Shown: positions 1-10,341, numbered from the stretch's first letter. The stretch: 64,000 nt of DNA from Gemmatimonadota bacterium (GCA_963666735.1 OY762926.1:1824001-1888000), one strand, 5' to 3'. Notes: generated by a model from the sequence alone, not told the origin. Numbers and translations: made by a program.

Positions 1-550
1 CGATCGCGGCCGAGAAGAGCCTGCCCAGCGTCCTGGGCCGCGACCGCGTCGTGTCCTCCGTCACATACATCACGTCGAGGCCCTCGCCGACCGCGAACTC
101 GATGGCGTCCCGCGTGGCGGCCAGGATGCGCTCGACATCCCAGTCCTCGGCGTATTGGCGAATCGGCGAACTCCCGATGAAGGCGCCGACCTCGAGCGGA
201 AGGCCCGTCGCCTGCTGGATGCGGGCGATGGGTTCGATATCCGCGCGGACGGTGCGCGCCGCGCAGTTCGCCTCGATCGGCAGGCGATGGTCCACGATCT
301 CGCGGGCGAGCGCCAGCACGGCGCCGTAGGCCCTCGGTCCCGCGCCCGGAAGCCCGATGTCGGCGGCGTGGATGCCGAGGTCCACCATGAGGTGGAGGAG
401 TTCGATCTTCTTCTCGATGGGCGGGTCCTTGACGGACGGATTCTGCAGGCCGTCGCGGAGCGTCTCATCGTCCAGTTCGACCCGGGCCGCCGCGTAGTCG
501 TGGCTCCCCGGAAGCGCGTTCCAGTCGTATATGAGTTCGTCCTGGCTCAC
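1..550 (-). CDS. LeuA-family (DRE-TIM) enzyme, 2-isopropylmalate/homocitrate synthase-like; runs off the window edge
   Basis: My translation from GTG at 550 (GTGA overlap with the upstream stop) reads MSQDELIYDWN...LDDETLRDGLQ...GLPGAGP...EDTTRS. It contains the DRE-TIM D-E-T-L-R-D-G motif. Not in the ORF track because it is incomplete. Confidence 0.8.
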   Translation of the reverse strand, partial: MSQDELIYDWNALPGSHDYAAARVELDDETLRDGLQNPSVKDPPIEKKIELLHLMVDLGIHAADIGLPGAGPRAYGAVLALAREIVDHRLPIEANCAARTVRADIEPIARIQQATGLPLEVGAFIGSSPIRQYAEDWDVERILAATRDAIEFAVGEGLDVMYVTEDTTRSRPRTLGRLFSAAI

Positions 551-1539
551 GTCCACTCGCCTTCGACGACGCCGTCGTCTCCCACACTCACCCTTCCGCG
601 TACGCCTCGAAGCGTCACACGGTCCCCGACCAGTGAATCTACGAGATCGCAGTCTTCGATGACGCTGTCCGCGCCGACGATCGTGTGGCGGAGGCGCGAA
701 CCCAGGATCCGGCTTCCGGATGCCACGCTCACGTTGGGGCCGAGCGCGGAAGATTCGACGATGGCGTCCGCGGCGACCGCAATGGCGCCTTCGACGGCGA
801 CGGAATCCGGAAGGTCGGGCTCCCCTCCGTGCCCGCGTTCCAGCATCACGCGGTTCGTCTCGAGCAGCGTTTCGGGCTTCCCGCAATCAAACCAGCCGCC
901 GACTTCCGCCGTATGGATACGGGCGCCACGGTCGATCATGTACTGGAACGCGTCCGTTAGAAAGTACTCCCCGAGCTTGGGATCCAGGTCCATCACATGC
1001 CGAACCCCGTCGAACATCAGTTCATGATCCTTCACGTAGTAGACGCCGATGTTCGCGAGCTTCGATACGGGTTCCGACGGCTTCTCGATGATCCGCCGCA
1101 TGGTTCCGGCCTCATCGGTGACGATGACGCCGTACCGCTGGTAGTCCTCGACCTCCTTGGCCCAGATGATGCCGGACGCGGACGCGTGGCGGTGCAGCAC
1201 GCTGAAGTCGGCATCGAAGAGCGTGTCCACGAAAACGATGAGGACCGGCCCGGTCACCCAGGGTTCCGCCAGCGAAATCGCGTCGGCCGTCCCCCGCTGG
1301 CTGGCCTGCTCCACGTAGGTGACCGGGAGGCCTGGAAACTCCTCGGCCATGAAAGCCCGGATCCGGCCGGAAAGGTGCCCGGTGATGCAGATGAACTCGT
1401 CGACGCCCTCGGCCTTGAGCTGCTCGACGACGTAGGAAAGGACGGGCCGATTGGCCACGCGGAGTAAGGGTTTGGGACGGGTGTGGGTGTGGGGACGGAC
1501 CCTTGTACCCATTCCCGCCAACGGTATTATGGCCTGCAT
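547..1539 (-). CDS. sugar-phosphate nucleotidyltransferase (glucose-1-phosphate thymidylyltransferase-like) with C-terminal hexapeptide repeats
   Basis: AIIPLAGMGTRVRPHT..PKPLL signature, GTADA motif and beta-helix-like C-terminus. Confidence 0.9.
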   Translation of the reverse strand: MQAIIPLAGMGTRVRPHTHTRPKPLLRVANRPVLSYVVEQLKAEGVDEFICITGHLSGRIRAFMAEEFPGLPVTYVEQASQRGTADAISLAEPWVTGPVLIVFVDTLFDADFSVLHRHASASGIIWAKEVEDYQRYGVIVTDEAGTMRRIIEKPSEPVSKLANIGVYYVKDHELMFDGVRHVMDLDPKLGEYFLTDAFQYMIDRGARIHTAEVGGWFDCGKPETLLETNRVMLERGHGGEPDLPDSVAVEGAIAVAADAIVESSALGPNVSVASGSRILGSRLRHTIVGADSVIEDCDLVDSLVGDRVTLRGVRGRVSVGDDGVVEGEWT

Positions 1540-1674
1540 GTTAAACCGTCAGAGTCTCGGGAGAGTGGTCCTGCCGTCTGCGGGGGCCGGGAGCCCGGGC
1601 CAACCGGGCCCCGCGGATCGCCAAGCTATCCGTCCGCGGCAGACGCGGGCAACCGAAGAAAGAGGGCTTCCGGA

Positions 1675-2130
1675 GTGACGGAGGCAGCTCCCGGCGGCGG
1701 GCAGACCAACGGGATCTCCCGCTGGTTTCACGAGAATTCGGCGGACACCCGTGCGCCGGACGGGCCCGAGCCGCGCCTTTACGAGGTGGCCTTCTCCCGG
1801 GTCTGGGACCAACTGGTGAGATACGCCGAGCGGCGCTGGTGGTGGACACTCGCCCACCGTGACGAAGACCTCGGACTCATCTCCGTGAGGTGCGCGGTCC
1901 CCCTCTTGCGTTGGGTCGATGACCTGACGATCTGGGTTGCCCTTGATGCGAACGGGCTCACGCGGGTCGAGGCGTTCTCGCGCGCGCGGCGGCGAAACTT
2001 CGATCTCGGCACGAACCGGCGACGGATCCGGCGCATGCTGAAATCGCTCGACCGGGCCCTGGGACCGCGAGCCAGGCTGCCCGACGCCGCTCCCGGCGGG
2101 GACGCGTGGGACGCGCCGGGGGGGACGTGA
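1675..2130 (+). CDS. DUF1499-like protein
   Basis: LRWVDDLTI...SRARRRNFDLGTNRRRI motif resembles DUF1499; GTG start chosen at 1675. Confidence 0.7.
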   Translation: MTEAAPGGGQTNGISRWFHENSADTRAPDGPEPRLYEVAFSRVWDQLVRYAERRWWWTLAHRDEDLGLISVRCAVPLLRWVDDLTIWVALDANGLTRVEAFSRARRRNFDLGTNRRRIRRMLKSLDRALGPRARLPDAAPGGDAWDAPGGT

Positions 2131-3038
2131 TCGGGCGACGGACGCCCGGGGCGGCGGGCGCCGCCCTGATCTTCTTCGCCTGCGCCGGGCCTCCCCCGGA
2201 TGGAACGGCGGAAGCTCGCGGGGAAATCGCAGGTGAGCCGCTCACGCCGGCGGTCGACGCACGCTACTTGACGCACCTGCTCTTCGCCTCCGGCGACGGG
2301 ACATCGTTCATCGGTTCGTTCGATCAGACGGCCGAGGGCGAGGACCTGCGCCTCGACTACGACGTGCGCCTCGCGGACGGGGGCGCCTGGCGGTCCCTCG
2401 TACGGACGCGGGACACGGTGTCCGTGGCCCGCGCGGCGTGGCGCCTGCTGCCTACGCCGACGATGGCGATGCGGGTCGGCGATGCCGGCCAAGTCGTGAG
2501 TCTCCTGTTCGGCGAACCCGAGGGCGAGGGCCCGGATCCGGTCCGCCTCGTGGCGGGCGAGGAAGTGTCCGTCTGGACGGGACCGACGGGGCAACGGGAG
2601 TCGCTGGGCATGGCGGCGCTGCGGATGGGCGACAGGGCCGTGCCGGGCATCCTCTTTTTTCGGCGCGCCGCCCGGGCGCTGAGCATCCCCGTCGCGTCGA
2701 CGGATGGCCGGACGTTTGTGTTCGCCGACTCGCTCGGCAACGGTCTCGTCGTCCACGCGGGCACCATCGGCCAGCCGGCGGTTGCCAACACCTGGCTGCA
2801 CGGGGTCGAAGCGGCCTGGGGTGAGGTGACGCTCGAAGCGCCGGATCCGGGGCGGGCGGGCGGTTCGGCGGCGGCCTGGCGGTTCGAGATCTCCGGTACG
2901 ACGGTCCGCGGGAGTTTTCGGCCGCTGATGAGCGAAGACCCCGGCGACGGAACCGTCATCCGCATGGAAGCCACCGTCTACGTCGGTACGGAGGTTCTCT
3001 ACTTCAACGGGTTCGCGGCCACGCTGCCCTCTCCCTGA
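2127..3038 (+). CDS. hypothetical protein, possible lipoprotein
   Basis: Coupled to neighbours by overlapping start/stop codons; hydrophobic N-terminus ending FFAC. Confidence 0.65.
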   Translation: MIGRRTPGAAGAALIFFACAGPPPDGTAEARGEIAGEPLTPAVDARYLTHLLFASGDGTSFIGSFDQTAEGEDLRLDYDVRLADGGAWRSLVRTRDTVSVARAAWRLLPTPTMAMRVGDAGQVVSLLFGEPEGEGPDPVRLVAGEEVSVWTGPTGQRESLGMAALRMGDRAVPGILFFRRAARALSIPVASTDGRTFVFADSLGNGLVVHAGTIGQPAVANTWLHGVEAAWGEVTLEAPDPGRAGGSAAAWRFEISGTTVRGSFRPLMSEDPGDGTVIRMEATVYVGTEVLYFNGFAATLPSP

Positions 3039-4627
3039 TGGAATTCGACTGGCTGCGCGCCCTCGTCACGGTGGCCTTCGGCGCCCTGGCGGGCGGGATT
3101 ACGAACCGGATCGCCGTGTGGATGATCTTCCATCCCTACCGTCCGCCGAAGATTCTGGGCCGGCCCGTGCGGTGGCTGCAGGGAGCGGTACCGAAGAATC
3201 AGAAACGGTTGGCCGATTCGGTCGGTGGCGTCGTCGGCGGAGCGCTCCTCACGCCAGAAGACATCACTTCCGAGCTGCGCCAACTCGAGTCCGCCTTTCG
3301 GGAGCGGCTGCGGGAACTCGCGGTCGAACTCGGCGAGGGCGAGCAACCCGCGCTGGCCGACCTCCTCCCCGAGGCCGCGCTCGTCGAGGTCCGGGAACTC
3401 CTCACGCGGATTCTTGGACAGGGCCGGGAGTTCCTGGCCGGGACGCTGGATTCGCCGGAGTTCGGGGATGAATCCGGGCGCCTCCTCGAGTCGATCCGGG
3501 AGTCGCTGAGCGACGAATCCCTCGCTCAGACGCTGGAACCGGAGCGGGTCGCGGCCGTGCGCGACACGATCGACGGCTGGCTCGAACGGCTCGTCGATTC
3601 ATCGGCCTTCGAGGCAACGGTACGCCGCCACCTGGACGAGGCCGCGCGGCAACTGCTCAGACCGCACCGGACGTTCGAGCAACTGATCCCCGCGGGGCTC
3701 GTTGCCGCGCTGGAGCACGCGATCAAGGACTATCTTCCGGTCGCGATCGAGCGCTTGAGCCGACTGCTCGACGACCCGGACGCGAGGGAGCGGATCGAGC
3801 ACGTGCTCGGGGAACTGTTCGACCGCTTCATGCAGGATCTACGCTTCCACCAGCGCGTCGTGGCCCGCTTCATCGTCACCGAGGAAACCGTGACGCAGGC
3901 GCTCGATACCCTGCGCGAGCAAGGGGCCGACCGCCTCGGCGGCGTGCTGCGCGAACCGGAGGTGCAGACGGCGATCGCGCGGCACGTCAACGACGGCGTC
4001 GTAGAGTTCCTCCGGCACCCTCCTTCGGAGGTCATCGGCGGCGCGGGCGATCCCCAGGTCGAGAGCGCGCTCGATGCGTCGGCGGAGTGGATCGTGAAGG
4101 CGGCGCGGGATCCGGGCTCGCGCGCCTTCCTGCTCGACCGACTCGAGGGACTGCTCGAGCGCTTCGGCGAGAGGAGCTGGGCGGACGTGCTGGACGCCGT
4201 CCCGGCCGACCGCGTGGCGGCCTCGCTTGCCGCGGGATTTCGGTCCGACGCGGGACGCGCCCTCTTCGACTCGATCGCCGAGTCGATGGCTGACCGGCTC
4301 CTTCGTACGCCGATCGGGCGGCTCGGGCGTTTCCTGCGCGAGGACGCCGCGGTACGGCTTGCCGACACGCTGGCCGCGCCCGCGTGGGACTGGATCGTCA
4401 ACCGGGTGCCCGAGGTGGCGGAGCGTATCCGGATCGCCGAGCGTATCTCGACGAAGATCGAGAACTTCTCCATCGAACGGATCGAACACCTTGTTCGCGA
4501 TATCAGCCAGCGTGAATTCGACCTCATTGTGCGGCTCGGATACCTGCTCGGCGCCGGCATCGGCACCGGGCTCGTGATTCTCGATTCCCTCCCGGTACTC
4601 GAGTTCATCCGGGGACTGCTCGGATGA
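3038..4627 (+). CDS. DUF445 family membrane protein
   Basis: N-terminal GGITNRIAVWMIFHP..QGAVPK and C-terminal RE..LIVRLGYLLGAGIG. Confidence 0.85.
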   Translation: MEFDWLRALVTVAFGALAGGITNRIAVWMIFHPYRPPKILGRPVRWLQGAVPKNQKRLADSVGGVVGGALLTPEDITSELRQLESAFRERLRELAVELGEGEQPALADLLPEAALVEVRELLTRILGQGREFLAGTLDSPEFGDESGRLLESIRESLSDESLAQTLEPERVAAVRDTIDGWLERLVDSSAFEATVRRHLDEAARQLLRPHRTFEQLIPAGLVAALEHAIKDYLPVAIERLSRLLDDPDARERIEHVLGELFDRFMQDLRFHQRVVARFIVTEETVTQALDTLREQGADRLGGVLREPEVQTAIARHVNDGVVEFLRHPPSEVIGGAGDPQVESALDASAEWIVKAARDPGSRAFLLDRLEGLLERFGERSWADVLDAVPADRVAASLAAGFRSDAGRALFDSIAESMADRLLRTPIGRLGRFLREDAAVRLADTLAAPAWDWIVNRVPEVAERIRIAERISTKIENFSIERIEHLVRDISQREFDLIVRLGYLLGAGIGTGLVILDSLPVLEFIRGLLG

Positions 4628-5316
4628 CGGCGGCGCGTTTCGCTGCCGCCCGCGCCGTCGCGTGCGGCGTCGGTCTCGCCGTGTCCGCCTGCGCCTCCCC
4701 GGACGCGGCGATCGACCGCACGGAGGGCACGGGGGAACTGCGGGGACTGGCGCTCGAACAACCATTCGAGGTGCCGGAGTTTACCCTCACGGACTCCCGG
4801 GGGCGCCGGTTCGACTTTCGGCCGGAGACCGCGGGGTCGCTCACGCTGCTCTTCTTCGGCTATACGCACTGCCCCGATATCTGTCCGGTGCAGATGGCGG
4901 TGCTCGGGGCCGCCCTCGACGATCTCTCGTACGCGGATCGCCGCGAGATCGAAGTCGTCTTCGTAACGACGGATCCGGCGCGCGACACACCGGACCGGCT
5001 GCGGAGCTGGCTGGACCTCTTCGACGCGTCCTTCGTCGGCCTCAGCGGGGAGATGGAGACGGTGAACGAGGTCCAGGCCGGGTTCCACCTTCCGCCGGCG
5101 CAGATCGAAGAGACCTCGCACCCGCCGGGCGCGGGTGAGCCGTATTTCGTGGGACACGCGACGCCGGTCGTCGCCGTCACGGGCGACGGCGTCGCGCGGG
5201 CGCTGTACCCGAGCGGCGTGCGCCAGACCGACTGGCGCCACGACCTTCCACTGCTCCTGCGCCTCAACCGGTCGGTTTCGAAGCCGGCGGGCGAAGCGGG
5301 CACGAGCGGCGACTGA
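4624..5316 (+). CDS. SCO1/SenC copper chaperone (lipoprotein)
   Basis: FFGYTHCPDICP, TDPARDT and the conserved His. Confidence 0.92.
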   Translation: MTAARFAAARAVACGVGLAVSACASPDAAIDRTEGTGELRGLALEQPFEVPEFTLTDSRGRRFDFRPETAGSLTLLFFGYTHCPDICPVQMAVLGAALDDLSYADRREIEVVFVTTDPARDTPDRLRSWLDLFDASFVGLSGEMETVNEVQAGFHLPPAQIEETSHPPGAGEPYFVGHATPVVAVTGDGVARALYPSGVRQTDWRHDLPLLLRLNRSVSKPAGEAGTSGD

Positions 5317-5325
5317 GGCCGCACG

Positions 5326-6111
5326 ATGCAATGGTGGTGCGCGGCCCAAGGCATCCCGTGGGACTGGTCCTGGCGCCCCTATCCGGGCGTCTGGCTCTTC
5401 ATCGCGTTCCTGTGTCTCGCCTATCGCGTCTTCACCCGGGGCGCCGCGCCTTCGCGGGTCGAGATCGCCCGCTTCGCCGGTGGCGCGCTCACGCTCTGGG
5501 TCGCGCTGGACTGGCCGGTGGGCGCGCTCGGTTCCGGGTACCTGGCGTCCGTGCACATGGTGCAGTTCCTCCTCATCGCGCTGCTCGCCCCGCCTCTCAT
5601 CATCGCGGGACTTCCGCGCGCGGCGCTGGAGCGAGTGCGCCGCGGCCGGGCGACTTCCGTCCTCGGGTTCCTCGCGCGACCGCTCATCGCGCTGCTCTTC
5701 TTCCATACGATCGTCATCGCGACGCACTGGCCGGAGGTCGTGGACGGTCTCATGGCCTCGCAGGCGGGCTCGCTCGCGCTCGACATGGCCTGGCTGGGCG
5801 GCGGACTCGTCTTCTGGTGGCCCGTCGTGAGTCCGATCCCGCACCGGCCGCGTTTTCCGCTCGGCGTCCGGATCTGCTACCTGATCGCGAGCACGGTGTT
5901 GATGACGCTGCCGTACGTCTTCCTGACGTTCGCGGAACTCCCCTTCTACGCGACGTACGAACTCGCGCCTCCGGTAGGCGCGCTTTCGGCGGGCGAGGAC
6001 CAGCGGCTCGCGGGGCTGATCATGCGGATCGGCGGAGGCACGATACTGTGGACGGCGGCGGGTGTCGTCTTCTGGTTCTGGTACCGCTCGGAGAACGACG
6101 CCGCGGACTGA
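5326..6111 (+). CDS. ctaG: cytochrome c oxidase assembly protein, caa3 CtaG family
   Basis: SVHMVQFLL..APPL and EDQRLAGLIM motifs; multiple transmembrane segments; follows SCO. Confidence 0.85.
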   Translation: MQWWCAAQGIPWDWSWRPYPGVWLFIAFLCLAYRVFTRGAAPSRVEIARFAGGALTLWVALDWPVGALGSGYLASVHMVQFLLIALLAPPLIIAGLPRAALERVRRGRATSVLGFLARPLIALLFFHTIVIATHWPEVVDGLMASQAGSLALDMAWLGGGLVFWWPVVSPIPHRPRFPLGVRICYLIASTVLMTLPYVFLTFAELPFYATYELAPPVGALSAGEDQRLAGLIMRIGGGTILWTAAGVVFWFWYRSENDAAD

Positions 6112-6133
6112 GCCGGACTGAGCCGCGACGGCG

Positions 6134-6454
6134 CTATTCGCTCACCTGTTCGGACACCCAGTCCACGTAGGGCACGGAGCCGGCGGTCACGGGAATGAAG
6201 AGGACCTCCGGGACATCGTAGGGGTGGAGTTCGCGGATGCGTCGCTCGACGGCATCGCTGCGGGCCGCGGTCGTCTTGAGGATGCCGAGGGCTTCCGCCT
6301 CCTCGCAGACCTCGCCCTCCCATCGATAGACGGAGGTCACGCGGTCCGCGACGTTCAGGCAGGCGATGAGCCGCTCTTCGACGAGGGCCCGTCCCAGCCG
6401 CAGGAGTTGTTCGCGGTCAGGCCCCGTGATGAGCCCGGCCACGACGTCGCTCAC
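6134..6454 (-). CDS. cutA: divalent-cation tolerance protein CutA
   Basis: LVEERLIAC, SVYRWEG, HPYDVPE. Confidence 0.93.
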   Translation of the reverse strand: MSDVVAGLITGPDREQLLRLGRALVEERLIACLNVADRVTSVYRWEGEVCEEAEALGILKTTAARSDAVERRIRELHPYDVPEVLFIPVTAGSVPYVDWVSEQVSE

Positions 6455-8322
6455 GGGCGATCCCGCTCTTTTTCCCGCCCGCTCATGGCGTCCTCGGCCC
6501 GCTCGTAGAGCGCGTCGATCGCGCCGGCGAAACGGGTCTCGATCACGCGGCGCTTGACCTTGAGCGTCGGCGTCAGCTCCCCGCCCTCGACGGTGAACGG
6601 CCCGGGGACGAGGAGCACGTCGCGCGGCCGCTCGTAGTGCGCGAAGTCCCGGCAGCGTTCCCGCACGGCCCGCTCGATCATGCCGCGCGTCCGGGCGTCC
6701 GTGACGAGATCGGCGTCCGCCGCTTCCTCGACTCCGTGCAGTTCCGGACGGACGGCCCCGAATTCGGGCACGACGATAACGATGGGGAACTTTCGTCCGT
6801 CGCCGAGCATCACGGCTTCCCCCACCATCGGGTGCCGCTTGATCTCCGCCTCGATGGGCTGGGGAGCGATGTTCTTCCCGTAGGCGGTGATGATGAGGTC
6901 CTTCTTGCGGTCCGTGATCCGGAGGTATCCGTCCTCGTCGATCTCGCCCACATCGCCCGTGTGGAACCAGCCGTCGTCATCGATGGCTTCGGTCGTCGCC
7001 TCGGGCTTGTTGTAGTAGCCCGCCATGATCTGCGGCCCGCGGACGAGAATCTCTCCGTCCTCGGCGATCCGGATCTCGGTGCCGGGGATCGGCTTCCCGA
7101 CCGTGCCGAGGCGGATGGCGTCGATCGGATTGAAGCTGACGGCGGGCGAGGTCTCCGTGAGCCCGTAGCCTTCGACGATGGGCAGGCGCGCGGCGAAGAA
7201 GAAGCGGGCCACGGCGGGCGCCAGCGGGGCTCCGCCGCTCACGAAGTAGAGGATCCGTCCTCCGGTGCGGGCACGCAGCTTCGAGAACACGAGGCGGTCG
7301 GCGAGCGCGGACTGGAGACCGAGGCCCGGCCCGACCCGGCGTCCCTCGAGTTCCGCCAGCGCGCGGGTTTCGCCGACGCGACGCGCCCAATTGAAGATCT
7401 GCTGCTTCGCGCCGCCCACCTCCCGGGCGCTGGCTTCGGCGCTCTCGAGCACCTTCTCGAAGACCCGCGGGACGGCGGCCATGAAGGTGGGCGAGACTTC
7501 GCCGAGATCGCGGGCCACCGTGGTCGGGGACTCCGCGTACGCGACGGTGACCCCCGCTTGCCACATGATATAGTGGCCGACCGTGCGCTCGAACACGTGC
7601 GCGAGGGGCAGGAGCGCGAGAGCCACGTGGGTGGAGTCGATCGGGAAGGCCCGCAGCGCCATGTCCGCGTTCGAATGGAAGTTGGCGTGCGTGAGCATCA
7701 CGCCCTTCGGGTCGCCGGTCGTGCCCGAGGTGTAGATGAGCGTCGCCAGGTCTTCCGGACGCGTCTTTCGAGCGTGCGTTTCGTAGGTCGACGCGAGCGC
7801 TTCGGGCGCGGACTCGCCGAGGTCGGAGAGGGCGTCCAGCTGCATCGTGGCCAGCGAAGACCCCTCGGGCGCTGTTACGGGCTCGAAGGCGATCGCCAGT
7901 TGCAGTGCGGGCAGTTCGTCTTCGATCTCCGCGATCTTGTCCAGTTGCTCCTGGTCCTCCACGAATACGGCGCGTGCGCCGGAGTCCGCGAGGATGTAGC
8001 AAACCTGATCGGAGGGAAGCACCGGGTAGACGGGGACGGAGGTGAGCCCCGCCATGACGATGCCCCAGTCGGCCAGGGCCCACTCGAGGCGGGTCTGCGA
8101 GAGGATCGCGATGCGGTCGCCCGCTTCGAACCCCTTTGTTCGGAGCCCGAGCGCGATGGCCCGGGCGCGGCGGCCGATGTCATCGGTCGAGGTCGAAATC
8201 CAGACGCCATCGGCTCCCCGCGTCCGCGCCGCGTCCGCGCGGGGCCGGGAGAGCCCGTCGAGGAAGAGTTCCGGCAATGTGCCGGGCCGATAATCTTCCG
8301 GGAGCGGACTCGAGATTTGCAC
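6451..8322 (-). CDS. long-chain fatty acid--CoA ligase
   Basis: YTSGTTGDPKG, EGYGLTET, WFHTGD, ELTPTLKVKR. Confidence 0.92.
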   Translation of the reverse strand: MQISSPLPEDYRPGTLPELFLDGLSRPRADAARTRGADGVWISTSTDDIGRRARAIALGLRTKGFEAGDRIAILSQTRLEWALADWGIVMAGLTSVPVYPVLPSDQVCYILADSGARAVFVEDQEQLDKIAEIEDELPALQLAIAFEPVTAPEGSSLATMQLDALSDLGESAPEALASTYETHARKTRPEDLATLIYTSGTTGDPKGVMLTHANFHSNADMALRAFPIDSTHVALALLPLAHVFERTVGHYIMWQAGVTVAYAESPTTVARDLGEVSPTFMAAVPRVFEKVLESAEASAREVGGAKQQIFNWARRVGETRALAELEGRRVGPGLGLQSALADRLVFSKLRARTGGRILYFVSGGAPLAPAVARFFFAARLPIVEGYGLTETSPAVSFNPIDAIRLGTVGKPIPGTEIRIAEDGEILVRGPQIMAGYYNKPEATTEAIDDDGWFHTGDVGEIDEDGYLRITDRKKDLIITAYGKNIAPQPIEAEIKRHPMVGEAVMLGDGRKFPIVIVVPEFGAVRPELHGVEEAADADLVTDARTRGMIERAVRERCRDFAHYERPRDVLLVPGPFTVEGGELTPTLKVKRRVIETRFAGAIDALYERAEDAMSGREKERDRP

Positions 8323-8352
8323 GTTGCCGGTGGCGTTGCCGGTGGCGGGCCG

Positions 8353-8790
8353 CTAGCGGGCGGCCGATTCCGCGACCGGCACGCCGAGCCGCTGGAGGGT
8401 GCGCCGGGCATGCTCGAGATGCCTCGGTTCCTCCCGGTCGCCGCGCGCGTAGGCCAGGAACTCCTGAAGATGCCGCGAGGCTTCCCGCTCGGCGCCCTTC
8501 TTCAACAGCAGGAACGCCAGACCATAGTGCGCCGCCGTGCTGCGCGGGCGCTCCTCGAGGGCGGCGCCGTACGCGCGAACCGCATCATCGGTGAGTCCAA
8601 TGTGCGTGTACACCACGGCCATCTGTTCCAGCGTGGCCGGATGCCGCGGGCTGTACTTCAAGGAAAGACGAAATGAAATGAGCGCCTCGTGGTAGAGTTC
8701 CTGCCGAACCAGTTCCACACCTTCCTCGTAGAAGTCCGGCCGCTTCCGTCGGCGCCTTCCGTTACCGTCCCAGATCTTCCTCCACACCAT
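8353..8790 (-). CDS. tetratricopeptide repeat protein
   Basis: TPR-like helices (AVRAYGAALEERP..AAHYGLAFLL). Confidence 0.8.
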   Translation of the reverse strand: MVWRKIWDGNGRRRRKRPDFYEEGVELVRQELYHEALISFRLSLKYSPRHPATLEQMAVVYTHIGLTDDAVRAYGAALEERPRSTAAHYGLAFLLLKKGAEREASRHLQEFLAYARGDREEPRHLEHARRTLQRLGVPVAESAAR

Positions 8791-8886
8791 GCCACCCCCC
8801 CCCAGAGCGAGTCCGGATCGTACATCTCACTCACACAACCTCCACACATCTCCCCCAAGTCCCCACACGTCTGGCGACAGCGGACA

Positions 8887-8914
8887 ATTATAGCGTTTTG
8901 TCAAGCTGTGGCAA
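8887..8914 (-). promoter_or_regulatory. sigma70-type promoter TTGCCA-16-TATAAT upstream of the TPR gene
   Basis: Perfect -10 and near-consensus -35 in an AT-rich patch of very GC-rich DNA. Confidence 0.65.
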
Positions 8915-8922
8915 ATTGCGGA

Positions 8923-9654
8923 CTACGTTTGACGACGTTCACCGACCCAGACGGTGGCGTCGGAGGCGACTTTCGCGAACCCGGACGCGGCGAGCGAGTC
9001 GAGGTCCTCCAGCGTCGGATTCTCGACGACGAGGCGCGCGCCGGGCCGCGCGCAGCGCGTGATCTCGGACAGCGGCAGGGGAATGGGAGCCGCGAGCGCG
9101 ATCCCGTGCAGCACGCCGCAGCGAACCGGCCAGCGGAGCGGCGCGGCGCCCAGGAGAGGGTCGACGCCGGCCGCGAGATCCTCGGTGGCCACGGCGGGCG
9201 GGGGGGAACGGCCGGCGGGATCCGGGAGCCAGACGAGCACCTCGAGACGGTCTCCGAGGCGGGCGATGGGAGGGGCGTGCGCGGCCAGCCTCGGGCCCAG
9301 GAGCACGACCATCCCGGCCCGGTCGCTCACACCCAGCAGGGCCGCGAGGCGCAGTGCCCCCTCCGTTGCCGCCTCCGGAGCGGCCTCGCCGCCGGACCCG
9401 GCCGGATCCGGGATCGCCTCGGGCGCGGTCGCGGGAGGGCGGGCCGTCCCGGCGCCATGCGTGGCGCGGCGCGCGGCGCCGGAAAGGTCGAAGCGCATCG
9501 TCCCCCGACGGATGGGCACCTCGATCTCGCACAGGGGGCACCCCAGCCGTCCCTCGACCACGCGACGCAATTCCGCCCGGTCGACGAAGGCGACGAGCCC
9601 CGCCGACGCCCGGCAATCGGGACAGTCCAGGACCTCAGCCAGTTCGAGAAACAT
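8923..9654 (-). CDS. hypothetical protein with Trm112-like N-terminus (CPDC...CPLC)
   Basis: ATG at 9654 after GGAG-like RBS; MFLELAEVLDCPDC...EGRLGCPLCEIEVPIRRG. Confidence 0.65.
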   Translation of the reverse strand: MFLELAEVLDCPDCRASAGLVAFVDRAELRRVVEGRLGCPLCEIEVPIRRGTMRFDLSGAARRATHGAGTARPPATAPEAIPDPAGSGGEAAPEAATEGALRLAALLGVSDRAGMVVLLGPRLAAHAPPIARLGDRLEVLVWLPDPAGRSPPPAVATEDLAAGVDPLLGAAPLRWPVRCGVLHGIALAAPIPLPLSEITRCARPGARLVVENPTLEDLDSLAASGFAKVASDATVWVGERRQT

Positions 9655-9680
9655 GTCGCCGCCTCGCCGACTGCCTGCGC

Positions 9681-10244
9681 CTAGTCGCGCGAGTGTGCCA
9701 GACGGAGGAATTCCTCGCGCGTCCGGTGATCCCGGCGGAACAGGCCGCGCACCGCGCTCGTGATCGTCTTCGAGTTCTGCTTCTCGACACCCCTCATCAT
9801 CATGCAGAGGTGAATGGCCTCCACGACAACCCCGACACCCTGCGGGTTGAGCGCCTCCTCGATCGCCTGCGCGATTTCCTCGGTCAGGCGCTCCTGAAGC
9901 TGAAGCCGGCGGGCGAACACGTCGACGATGCGGGGGAACTTGGAGATCCCGACGATGCGTCCGTCCGGGACGTACGCGATGTGCGCCTTGCCGAAGAAGG
10001 GGAGCATGTGGTGCTCGCACAGCGAATAGACTTCGATGTCCTTGACCATGACCATCGAATCGTGGGGTTCCTCGAAGATCGCCGTCCCGATGACCTCCTC
10101 GACGGTCTGGCCGTAGCCGCGGGTGAGAAACTCCAGGGCGGCGGCCACGCGCGCCGGCGTCCGGACGAGCCCTTCGCGACCGGGGTCCTCGCCGAGCAGT
10201 TCGAGCTGTTCGCGGACGAGACGCGGCAGGCGCTCTTCGCTCAC
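9681..10244 (-). CDS. folE: GTP cyclohydrolase I
   Basis: [39 protein letters not shown]. Confidence 0.97.
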   Translation of the reverse strand: MSEERLPRLVREQLELLGEDPGREGLVRTPARVAAALEFLTRGYGQTVEEVIGTAIFEEPHDSMVMVKDIEVYSLCEHHMLPFFGKAHIAYVPDGRIVGISKFPRIVDVFARRLQLQERLTEEIAQAIEEALNPQGVGVVVEAIHLCMMMRGVEKQNSKTITSAVRGLFRRDHRTREEFLRLAHSRD

Positions 10245-10315
10245 GATCTCCTCCAGGAGTGCTCCGGGATCTCCTCCGGCGGATGTGGGGCGCCGTCGCC
10301 CCCTGCCCGGGATGC

Positions 10316-10341
10316 AAAAGGGGCGACCCGTGGGTCACCCC
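10316..10341 (-). terminator. intrinsic terminator of the putative ncRNA
   Basis: Minus strand GGGGTGACCC-AC-GGGTCGCCCC hairpin followed by TTTT. Confidence 0.7.

Noticed and set aside
8887..8904. Perfect TTGACA and TATAAT pair
   Set aside because: Only 6 bp apart; TTGCCA at 16 bp is the plausible -35.
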